Shown here one piece after another: positions 7,932 to 18,330 of a stretch of 64,000 nucleotides of DNA; the first letter of the stretch is position 1; every line of letters begins with the position of its first letter. The notes beneath the pieces were generated by a model that had not been told where the DNA came from, made no database searches, and worked only from the letters and a program-made list of their open reading frames with translations. A program made the position numbers and the translations under genes. The stretch comes from Schmidtea polychroa (taxonomy: Eukaryota). The DNA is taken from the NCBI GenBank assembly GCA_044892525.1, contig CM097885.1, positions 74,586,001 to 74,650,000 of the forward strand, written 5' to 3'.

Positions 7932-9560
7932 GCATTAGCATTAGTATTTGCAGTGGAAAAATTTAGTCATTACCTATGGGGCAGAAAGGTAATTTTCTAT
8001 ACAGATCATAGACCATTGCAATGGCTGTTAAAACATAGAGACGAAGCATCAAAGTTAGTAAGATGGGCATTGAGATTACAGCCATATAAAATTGAAATTG
8101 TATATCGTAAAGGCAAAGCTAATGGTAATGCAGATGCATTATCACGAATGGAGCAAGAGCCTGAGTTAGAAGATATAAAGGAAGGAAGATTAGAAGGAAC
8201 AATCTTCATGCTAACAAGAGAGGCTAACACTTTGAGCGATTTAGTAGAAGCACAGAAAAATGATGACGAAATTAATATGATCAGACAAGCTATAGAAGCA
8301 AAGGCCATACCAAATGAATTTCAGAAGTATTGGGAGAAACATAAAGATAAATTCATATTGGAAGAAGGTCTAATCAAATATGTGGAATCAAGAGATAATG
8401 TAATATTAGTGCCAAAGAAATACAGAGAATCACTATTATTACAATACCACGATGGAGCACTGGGAGGACACCTCTCAGCTAGACATACACTGTCAAGATT
8501 GAAAATGAAATACTTTTGGCCCGATATAAAAGATGATGTTCAAAAGTGGTGTCAGTCGTGTAAAATATGTATAACTAGAAGGAACACAGGCAGGAAACCA
8601 CATGTTCCATTAAAACCAATGCCAGTACCGTCCTCGCCAATGGAGATGACAGCTATGGACGTACTAGGACCGTTTAAAGAATCGAAGATGGGAAATAAAT
8701 TTATCATAGTATTTTGCGACTACTTAACGAAGTGGCCCGAAGCATTCCCGATTCCGAACCATAAGGCAGACACAATTGCCAGAATTTTTGTAGAACAAAT
8801 TGTATTTAGATATGGTGTTCCGGCAAAATTGCTTACAGACAGAGGAAAGGATTTCATGAGGAATTTGTTAAAAAGTATTAATGATTATTTTGGTATTTTA
8901 AAATTAAATACCTCACCATACCACCCACAGACGGATGGATTGGTAGAGAGGTTCAATGGAACCTTGGCAAACATGTTATCATCATACGTAAACTCAGGTC
9001 AGACGGACTGGGATGTACACATACCATCATGTTTGTTTGCGTATAGAAATGCTGTTCATTCAGTAACAGGAGAAACACCTTTCTATCTGATGTATTTAAG
9101 GCATAGCAAGATGCCAGTGGATCTTATATTTTATCCAAAAGCATCACAGAACTGTGATGAGGGAAACTACTTATTCGAGATGAGAGAAAGAATGCAAGAA
9201 GCCTGGAAGAAAGCTGGTTTGAACATTCGTTATAACCAAGAAACAATGAAGGAATATCATGATCGTAAAGCGAAAGATCATGGGTTTTTGGTAGGAGATT
9301 ATGTCATGTTAGAAGGACATTACAACAAAAAAGGTTTATCTCCTAAATTAATGAGAAATTACAAAGGGCCGTATCAAATTTTGAAAGTCACAGAAACCAA
9401 TTTAGTCTTACAGTTAGTGGCAAACAGAAAAGCAGAACCGATAATGGTTCATGCAAACAGATGTAAAAAGATAGCCCCACCAGAAAAGGAGAAACCAAAA
9501 TCAGAAATTGATGAATTCGAAATAGATAAGAAATCGAAAAAGAAAACGTTAGAATCATAA
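7932..9560 (+). CDS. pol: RNase H C-terminus + integrase (HHCC, DDE, C-terminal domain), element 1
   Basis: YTDHRPL, NADALSR; HDGALGGH...CQSC; MDVLGP, TDRG, GLVERFNG; YKGPYQI. Confidence 0.92.
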   Translation, partial: ALALVFAVEKFSHYLWGRKVIFYTDHRPLQWLLKHRDEASKLVRWALRLQPYKIEIVYRKGKANGNADALSRMEQEPELEDIKEGRLEGTIFMLTREANTLSDLVEAQKNDDEINMIRQAIEAKAIPNEFQKYWEKHKDKFILEEGLIKYVESRDNVILVPKKYRESLLLQYHDGALGGHLSARHTLSRLKMKYFWPDIKDDVQKWCQSCKICITRRNTGRKPHVPLKPMPVPSSPMEMTAMDVLGPFKESKMGNKFIIVFCDYLTKWPEAFPIPNHKADTIARIFVEQIVFRYGVPAKLLTDRGKDFMRNLLKSINDYFGILKLNTSPYHPQTDGLVERFNGTLANMLSSYVNSGQTDWDVHIPSCLFAYRNAVHSVTGETPFYLMYLRHSKMPVDLIFYPKASQNCDEGNYLFEMRERMQEAWKKAGLNIRYNQETMKEYHDRKAKDHGFLVGDYVMLEGHYNKKGLSPKLMRNYKGPYQILKVTETNLVLQLVANRKAEPIMVHANRCKKIAPPEKEKPKSEIDEFEIDKKSKKKTLES

Positions 9561-9614
9561 AAAAGTATCCTAAAGGGACAACCATAACGATACCCTTTAC
9601 GATCTCGACAAATC

Positions 9615-10598
9615 CCGAAAACAGTTACATTTTTAGCAGTGATTAGCTGTGTCATGATGATTGGACAGGCATTCGAGGTATTCACACCTAAAGCCAGTCA
9701 ACATCCAGATATCGAATATCAACGAACAGATAGAGCATTCAGATTTCATTTAACGAATATACAATGGCATAGATATGATCTATATTTGGTAGCTGCTGAA
9801 AGAGGGATATCATTTCACTTGAATACATGGGATCGAGTGAAAGTAATAGAGGGACTTATGCCGAATACAAGTTATCTATTAGAAATCAAGACATTCTTTG
9901 CAGACCCAAACGTTTTTGCAGATGGAGGAGATTGTGTAGATAAAGCAGCATGGATTTTGAAGACTGCAAAATTTACCAAAAAAGTAGAGATTTCATATCT
10001 CGGGCAGATAGTTAGATTTACTCATCCACGGTGGAACAGAAATGATACATCTTCCACTCACGATTGGAGGACGAATAATAAAATTGCGTTAATCGTCATA
10101 TTAGAAGACGACCAGCGAGTCGAGAGATTAGTGCTCAACCATGCGTATCTAAGTGGAAGATGGAAAATCAAACCAGATACCGTGACAAAGGCGAACATTT
10201 CGTATTTGGAATTTACGGAGAGAACCGGTTGGTATACAATATATCAAGAAATAATAAATCTAATACCTCCCACAAGAGGAGAACTAACTAGCAAAGAAGG
10301 AAAGGCTAGATTAGTGAATATTCCTGGTTGTAAAGGAATAAATGCTTTAGATTGGTTTAGTATTAGAAAGGTAGCGAGTGTAAAACAGCCCCGCATAACT
10401 AAAATAATTAATAATTGTAGTTGTCAAAATACGTTAAAGGGGGCAGCGAGGGAGAAAACGCCAACATGGCTATTGTTAATTATGATAGGGGGAGTAATTT
10501 GCATGATTTTAATTTTGCTCTTAACCACCCTATGGATGTTTAGATTAAATATACGAGATATGCGTTATTGGGAAAATATTTACGAAACCGAGGTATAG
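9615..10598 (+). CDS. Signal peptide + fibronectin type III-like ectodomain + C-terminal TM (type I membrane protein), in frame with integrase, element 1
   Basis: VTFLAVISCVMMIGQA/FEV; IEGLMPNTSYLLEI = FN3 L.P.T.Y motif; WLLLIMIGGVICMILILLLTTLWMF TM. Confidence 0.7.
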   Translation, partial: PKTVTFLAVISCVMMIGQAFEVFTPKASQHPDIEYQRTDRAFRFHLTNIQWHRYDLYLVAAERGISFHLNTWDRVKVIEGLMPNTSYLLEIKTFFADPNVFADGGDCVDKAAWILKTAKFTKKVEISYLGQIVRFTHPRWNRNDTSSTHDWRTNNKIALIVILEDDQRVERLVLNHAYLSGRWKIKPDTVTKANISYLEFTERTGWYTIYQEIINLIPPTRGELTSKEGKARLVNIPGCKGINALDWFSIRKVASVKQPRITKIINNCSCQNTLKGAAREKTPTWLLLIMIGGVICMILILLLTTLWMFRLNIRDMRYWENIYETEV

Positions 10599-10802
10599 GG
10601 GGAAAGTCTCACCATATACTAGGAAGTGTAAATATATATAGTTATTTATTTTATATATATGTTATTTATATTAGTATGTAGACTAATGTGGGCTCAAATG
10701 AGCATTGGTAAAATCAGACATCAGCGTATGTCGACTTTGGTTACCCTGCGAGGGTCTATCACGAAAGTGATAAAAGCTGTTAATTATTTTATTTTTAGAA
10801 AA

Positions 10803-12874
10803 ATGAATTATAACAGAGAATCAAAGCCGCCAGTCAAAGCAAATCGACGACACCCATTGGCAACGTACAATTCCCAAACTCGAGTTGAAACTGAAGCGTA
10901 TAGCACCTATAAAGAAGAGTATGTATATCGGTTCATCGGAACCACGGTCGCAGCAAAAATGAATCACCTCACCTCAAACTATTGGTATTATCCCAGGAGA
11001 GTGGATATTCCAAACGACTTCAAATTTCCAGGAGGGCCTCGAAGGCAAATGATGGTAACGGTTATAAATAACCAAGGTAGATTAAAATTGGCGGAACTAT
11101 GTAGAGAGTACGGTTCATGTCCGAAAATAGAAAACTTGTGGATTCATGCGATCAATAGGCCATTCACGGTGTTTATGGCGGGATTAGAGTTACCTGTTGA
11201 ATTAGAAAAACAGTGTACTCTGGAGATATACCACGCTGATGGACGAGAACGGAATATTATGATCCAGGCAGCGGCGGTGGACACCATAATCGCAATAGAA
11301 ATCTTAGACTTCAGGAAGCCATACTCTATAGTTAGCAAAAACGAGCCAACTTGGATTTATAATGTAAATGAAGACGATATACGGCAGTGTAAATCATTTG
11401 TGAGGAAGAAGTTATCCAAAGCCGAGGAGGACGAGGCTACAATTTTCATATCGGCAGGTTTTGCCAAATCCCGAATCGAATTGAAGGAGACAATTATCCA
11501 AATCGCAATTATGGATATGAGAGGAAATAATTTATTGAGTGCGGTAGTGACTCCCAGAGATCCAGTAAAACATTACCAAACGCACCAATATAAGTTAAAA
11601 GAACCCGACATGAGAGGAAATCTCGATGAAGACGATTGTTATCATTTGATAAGAAAGATCTGTGATAAGAAAATACTTGTAGGTATTTTACTTAAAGATC
11701 TGATCTTGGTAGCCAATCTACCAGTGCAGCGAATATTGGGTATTCGTGATCTTTCTGCAAATAAACTATTGGAAACCAGAGGAGTCCCAAAGATTCATGG
11801 TCATTACAGATTGGGATTCCTGACAAAGACTTTCCTGCGTACGGTTCCCGGAGAACCAAGGAATTTAGTGGTCACCAATGAGGCACTGGCAATACGTGCT
11901 GTTTATTTACATATCAGAAACGAATGGTTAGACCATATCACGATACCTCAGGAGGAATTCATTTCCGCAACTACAGCAGCGATAGTTGAACAGGAAATGA
12001 CGCAGAAGAGGAGATTACCTGAGCAACCATCTACATCAGAGCAACCCCAGCCCAAGAGGAAATCACCTGTGGATCTACCACCGCCTCCAGCCATATCTAT
12101 TGGAGAAGAAGATGAATATGAAACATGTGCTAGCGAAATAGAGACAGCAAAATCACCTAAACAACCATCAGGAGCTGCCTATCAGCCAAAGGATAAATTG
12201 GATAATGCGGTCAGAAAAGAAAATCCAGAAGGAGGCAAGGTGAAAAAGATGTTAAAGAAAATGTTACCCATAAAAAGAGACAAGTCGAAGCTAAAGTTGA
12301 AGAAAGTTGTTAAACCCCGGAAGGAACGACAAAAGAGACACCTAGCAGTTCGGAAGTTAGGACTATTAAACCTCAAAAGATATTCAGCGAACCAGATGAT
12401 GACATTATGGAAGTTGCCTTTCAACCTCCGGTTAAGGAGATGCAGGAAGCAATAAAGGTTAAATCTGAACCTGTGGTTAGGCAGAAAATGTTAAAGATTG
12501 CCAAGGAGAATATTATCAAGAAACCGGTTTCGGTTGATGTGGACGGTTTCGAACCAATGTGGTACAAACGTCCGGATAGCAAATGGAAACCCAGAGCCAA
12601 GGAGTATGACTGCCAACCAATCACGAGAATGGCAGTCAATAATAATCAAAAATATGATGTTTATGACGTAGACGGAATCCCGTACGTAGTGTCTACAGTC
12701 ATTTTAACAAGTGCTCTGGATGGCAAGCCTCTGGTAGTGAGTTTTGAGCCAGAAGTCCTACAGAAGAGGAAAAAGAAGTTGCTGCAGCAATACGTCGTCG
12801 CAAATGGCTACAGCACGAAGGAGTTGCACCTGTACAAAGTTCCAGACCCAGATCCCGATGATCTGGACATCTAA
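10803..12874 (+). CDS. 3' ORF: unknown domain + degenerate DEDDh (ISG20/REXO4-like) exonuclease + acidic/basic tail (frameshift ~12220, stop ~12310), element 1
   Basis: LLSAVVTPRDPVKHYQT...IRKICDKKILVG...IRDL...RLGFLTK...NEALAIRAVY follows the REX4/ISG20 pattern; homolog in element 2; ATG 10803 follows TTTTTAG. Confidence 0.6.
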
Positions 12875-13107
12875 TCCAAGAACGTTGCCACCCAACATGT
12901 GTCGCCGAATTCAAAATGTGTATAAAATGACTTAACTATTATGTGTTTTGTGCAATTCAGTGTTTTGACATTCATTATTTGTTATCTGAAACATTAATTT
13001 TGTGTTTTGTCTTATTTGATTAATTTTTTTTAAGTTTTAGTGTAATGCTGTTTACCAAAAGCCTTTCTTTAGTCTTGTTGGTCTTGTTTTCGAGACGAAA
13101 ATCTTTT

Positions 13108-13118
13108 AGGGGGTAAGA
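13108..13118 (+). other. Polypurine tract of element 1
   Basis: AGGGGGTAAGA immediately 5' of LTR; same context as 47967 in element 2. Confidence 0.8.
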
Positions 13119-13120
13119 CT

Positions 13121-14189
13121 TGTTAGGGATAGGCCTGGAGCCTTAGTGACAAAATAAATAAAAAATTACTATAATTAGTAATACCATAAATAAAAATAAT
13201 AAAGTGTTACCGAAAATAAAAGATAAGTCTTTTTAATTACTATTAATAGAATTAGGTAATATATAGGAATATTTGTGAATACTATTACTATATATAGTAA
13301 TTATATAAGTACTATTAATATATTAAATAAGTAAAAAATAATATAAATACCGTTTCAAAACCAAAACGAGAGAGAGAAAAATTGGAGACGATAATCTTGA
13401 GGACGATAAAAACTGTGATTGAAAGTTAAATTAACGAATAGATTGGAGAGAATAATAACCAGAAAAGTAGTTAATTGATCCATCGAAGAAACGTGATTAA
13501 AGAATCACCGAGATAAATTAATTCCAAGAATTTGACCACAATCGCAAGGTTTCGGATCAAATTTGAATATTTTAGTCTCACAAGGCGAAAGTCCGGCTCA
13601 AATTACGAATTAATTATCGCAGAAACTTTTCTATAAATTACGGACGAGAATTGACCAGAGAAAAAAGGAAGACTTGAAAGAGAAATTGAAACAGATTAGT
13701 GACAACAGAAGGAGCAGTTAAATTCAGGCAAGGTAAAAGATTTAATTAATTGTGTTGGGTAAGGATAAATTATTATCCTTGGGAAGGGAATTAAATAAAG
13801 CGAACACAAAGTACAGATAGCGACTTTCGTGTTACCTGGTAGCCCCAAAATCAACCCTCTTGCTTTTTCCACTATCTTTCTAGTTTATTTAGCGATCGTT
13901 GTGCTACACAGGAGCCATCGATTTCTTGCAGGCTGTTGGTAAACAGTAAGGATTAATAAATCCGTTTACTTGTACTCTTTGAACATATTTTGTAAATTTC
14001 TGTTATAAGTTATTAAATATATTTTTATAAAAATAGAAAGGAGTTAGTTAGTTGTTTTTTATTTAGTGATTTAAATATTAAAACGCGCAACCACATTAAA
14101 TATAACTTATTTATATTTATTTTTATTTAGTTAACTTATTGGAGTCATTTGTGTTAAGATCTGTAGTCCCCGTTTTTTCGATCTTAACA
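13121..14189 (+). repeat. 3' LTR of element 1 (1069 bp)
   Basis: TGTTAGGG start after PPT, ends ...GATCTTAACA like element 2 LTR end CTTAACA; matching length. Confidence 0.8.
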
Positions 14190-14267
14190 ATATTTTTAAG
14201 GTTAATTGACTGTGTCACATTCAATATTGGCAAAATTTTTCAATTTTGAAAGCTCAATCAAAATCGC

Positions 14268-15534
14268 TTGGACAAAATAAATGTAATTTTTATTAATTAA
14301 TATTAAAATTTGATCCCGCCATTTTTAAAATCTATTATTATAAATTAAAATTTTAAAATAAGGGTTTATGGCACTCAAAAAGTCACTTTCTGATAATGAA
14401 AGAGCTTCAATTTTTAGATGGAAAAAAGAAGGAATGAAACAATATAAAATGGCTGAACTACTACAGGTAACCCCAAGATGTATTAGTTATGTTTTAAATA
14501 CATACACTGAACAAGATTGTAAATCAAAAAGAAGCAATTCTTGGAGAAAAAGGTCACTTTCCGACAAAAAATTAGTTGAATTAAAAAAAATTCAAACAGG
14601 TTGATTTAAATCGGGTCTAAACTAGCTAACAAAGTCAAAAACAAGTTTTAAAAGGTTATTTCTTCACAAACAGTGAAAAGATGTGCTAAGTTTGTAGGGT
14701 TTAAGGCTATGAGACCTAAAAAACTACCTTTTATATCAAAAAAGATTAAAAAAGCTAGATTGGAATTTGGAAAAAAAATTATTATGATGCCTAAAAGCTA
14801 TTGGAAATTATTATATGGTTTGATGAGTCAAAAAATAAACTTGTTTAATAGTGATGGTATTACCTATTTATAGCTTAGAGCTGGTGAAAAATTAAAAAAT
14901 AAATGTACTCTAAAAACTGTCAAACACAATGGTGACAGTATTATGGTTTGGGGCTGTATAGGAGAAAATGGAGTCGGAAATTTATTTACAATTAAAGGAA
15001 AAATGGGTCCACTAAAATATATTCAAATTGTACAGGAAAATTTACTACCTTCTGTCGAGAAATTGAATCATAGTGAATTTGTTTTCCAACAAGACAATGA
15101 TCCGAAACGACAAGTAAGATAACAACACAGTTTTTTGCAGAAAATAGAATTACGAAGATGGAATTACCAGCACTAGTAATTTAAGAGGCATTCATTAAAA
15201 TTAAACAAATCTGGGAAAAAATACCTCGGGAATTCATACAAAAACTTGTAGATTAAATATATGAACGTCTATCTGAAGTTATTAGAAACAAAGGAGGTGC
15301 TACAGATTATTAGTTATGAAAAATAAAAAAATTACAATTATTTTGTCTTATTTTTTTTCAATTTCAAAATAAATCATCTTTTATCTTAAAAATTAAACAA
15401 AATAATTTATAATTAAGTCATATATATGTTTATAATGATAATTTGTAATATATAATATTTGATTTTGATTTTTTGATGCATAAACGTAAATGAAAATTGA
15501 AATTTAAAAATTACATTTATTTTGTCCCAAACTG
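14268..15534 (+). mobile_element. Decayed Tc1/mariner DNA transposon
   Basis: TIRs TTGGACAAAATAAATGTAATTTTTA (14268) / TAAAAATTACATTTATTTTGTCCCAAACTG+TA (15505-15536); HTH, TVKHNGDSIMVWGCI, FQQDNDPK remnants with stops/frameshifts. Confidence 0.85.
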
Positions 15535-15599
15535 TATTTATATTGGAATTTTTCTAAATATAGCAATTGTTTAATGACGTTTTCTAATAGTATATTTTA

Positions 15600-16308
15600 A
15601 TAATAATTTAATATTTTGTAGCAATGTTTCTGGCAATCATATTATGAAGCCATTGGTAAATAGCAAAGCTAATTGACCACATTCGTTTAAAGGGACGATA
15701 TAGCTGAAATAATGGAAGACCAGGAATTACATGAAGATGGCTTAATTGAAATTGTCAAAAAATATTGATAAAAACAAAAATGATGTTGAACCCAGTGTGT
15801 TCACAGCAAAAGTCGTTCACGAGGGACTATTTTCAAGAACATGACCCAAATGTTGAACGAGCTCTCAAATTTCAACGAGATTTCAATAAACTTTTGAGTC
15901 AGTATGAAGAAGTCTACAAAGATGACTAAAAATAAAACACAAATGCTTATTTCAGACTTTTTTCCGGAAAAGTCTCAGCAAACTACGACTAAAATCAATA
16001 CAACAACTGTAGAAGGAGATTCTAATAAGATTATGTTATCAAGTGAATTATCTGATATTTTTTTCTATGAAATAGATTTTTTATGTTTTTTAAAAATAAA
16101 TTTAACTATTTTTATGTTTTCTATGATTTAAATGATATTTTTATATTTTATTAAGGGTATTAGTCATATTTTGTGTTCAATAAATGTCTAAAAAAGCTTG
16201 TTTATAATAGTTCTCGTTTTACACGGTTTATCCATATAAAAATGATTTTTTTCGAATTACACGGTTTTTTCAGGAACGTATCTACCGTGTAAAACGAGGG
16301 ATAGGTGT
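15600..16308 (+). mobile_element. pogo/Tigger-like transposon 3' remnant
   Basis: HDPNVERALKFQR...QMLISDFF C-terminal motif; CTCGTTTTACACGG / CCGTGTAAAACGAG subterminal inverted pair near 16213-16298. Confidence 0.55.
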
Positions 16309-17699
16309 AATTTTAAAAATATTATTTTACTTTAAGACCCAGTATTTTAATGTAAGAGGCCGAAAAATATTTAACCGTGAAAATTAGTAATGAAAAAAAA
16401 GCAAGTAGAAAAGAAAAAGGAAATTATTTGGTACAGAATATATCTTGTGATTGTATTTAAAATTTTAATCATTCCTATCAAAAAATTTCCACCAGCAATT
16501 CAAAGAGAGGGCAGCTTGATATTCTTTTCCTATTAAATAAATCAATTTCCAGCAGTAGTGAAATAAATTTGTAAATCAGGCAATTAACAAGAAAATGGAG
16601 ATTTTCCATAAAATTGAAGAAGAAAATCGGATAGAAGCTTAGTTGCTTGGATACATTATATCTTGATTTTAGTTAATAGATATAAATATGGTTTTGTTAA
16701 GTAAATGAAGCTATACGTATACATGTTATATGGGTAAATAATTAATTGTTAATTTTAAAATCACCGTTCTCGAAACAGAGGACAGTTTTGCCCTTCTTCG
16801 AATCTAAGCTAAGTCGAATTTTTTCAGGCCATTAAGCAGGGATTCGTTGATCCAGTTCCTTACAATTTATTCGATATTTGGAAACAACATACATAAAGAT
16901 ACTGGTAAAATTTTCTTATAAATAAAAGATAAAGTAAATAATTGTCTTAATTGATTTAAATAGGACAACCGATCTTCTTATTAGTTGTAAAAAAAGGAAA
17001 CAGATATTGTTATTTCTATTTTCATATAATTAATCATTTGAATTATATTAATTTTAAGATCGTTACTCCAACATTTTGATTTTAACAAATTTAAGCAATT
17101 AGAAACCACATTACAATTTATTTTGTATAAATAAATTTGAAAATTTAAATGAAGAATTACAGAATCAAATTTCTGAAAATATTACTGACAGAAGAGAGAA
17201 CTGAGCATATTAATAGAAAAATTTAAACTATGAAAAGCTGGTAAACGCTTTTTTTTTAATAATTTATGGTTTAACTTTGATTGATTTTTGTTTTAATTAA
17301 TAAATTAATAAAATTTGCAGAAAGAAACAGATTCGACAAAAAACTAACTGTTACACGTGTAAAACTAAAGAACATTAATAAAAATTTGTTTCAATATTTT
17401 AAGTATTTTTTGTGGAAAATTTGCAATCTAAAAAATCAGATTTGCGTGCAATTTTCACTTTTTAATTATTCAGATAATGATTGACAAATTTTTTGATATA
17501 GAAAAGATTTCACTGAATTTTGACCTTCTGTCAAAAAAATCGATTTTATGACATAACAGTTCAAGTATTTATCCCTTTAGGATCGAAGACTATTATGTAA
17601 TAATGAAAATAATAATATTATGTAAAATAGGAGACATTCTTCAGACATACAATAACATACACACACGCATCACCATTCACGATAATTATTAATTAGGTA

Positions 17700-18330
17700 A
17701 TTTAAGTATTAGATTACTTATAATAAATGCAATGGATAGTATCAATCACAAAATATTAAGAGTTATGAATCAATGCACCTTATCTTGCATGTCTTGAATT
17801 ATGTGGAATACCAGTGGCATGTTGGATGTGATTTTAAAGTAATTGGTTTGCTCACTGGTATGCAGAAAGGTTTTACTAAATTGTACTAAAATCATTGGCA
17901 TGTCCGGATTGAGTATACCCCTAATTGACACTGTTTACAATATGCTCTATTAGTTTCATCATCTAAAATATTTCTTTCCCCTCTCCATGTAAAATCTGGA
18001 CTTATTAAGAATCCTATCTGAGCTATTTAATAATGAAGGTCCTCCAATGAACTTCTTCCGAAAATTTTTCTCAAGCTTTCCATTGCTAAAATTAAAGGAG
18101 TGTTCACTGGTCCTAAAACGTGCAAACTTTATGCATACGAAGTATTTACTTTTTACCATGGAAACCAAATCATGGGATTTATTACTGAAGATCGTGGAAA
18201 TTGGTAAAGTGCATACAAATATTATCTTGTGAAGCTTTCATGAAATATGTAGTATACCATGAGAGGTAGGTTCCTAAAAGCTTTTTTAGTCGTCATGCAT
18301 CATTTTTGTGGTATAAAGAATGTACAAAAT
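17700..18330 (+). mobile_element. DDE DNA-transposase remnant (Chapaev3/CMC-like)
   Basis: YQWHVGCDFKVIGLLTGMQKGFTK and KLSIAKIKGVFTGP motifs, heavily disrupted; superfamily assignment from memory of motif. Confidence 0.45.

Larger units (their letters stand above)
1..14189 (+). mobile_element. Element 1: env-bearing Ty3/Gypsy LTR retroelement with cargo domains (5' LTR/PBS lie upstream of window)
   Basis: gag knuckles, DSG protease, YIDD RT, RNase H, integrase in Gypsy order PR-RT-RH-IN; PPT at 13108 and 1069-bp 3' LTR; most ORFs from 111 to 10598 share one frame and are separated by single stops. Confidence 0.95.

Noticed and set aside
3150-9581. In-frame stops as programmed readthrough sites
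   Set aside because: Stop positions are not shared between copies and align to conserved sense codons (Cys, Glu, Arg, Trp), so they are decay mutations.
4802-9685. Many 60-120 aa minus-strand ORFs overlapping the polyproteins (also in elements 2 and 3)
   Set aside because: Shadow ORFs of the coding strand with no motifs; shared ones reflect sense-strand conservation.
13121-13128. TTAGGG at LTR starts as telomeric repeat
   Set aside because: Single hexamer within the LTR terminal inverted repeat; element 2's 5' LTR has TTGGGG and element 3 TTGAGG.
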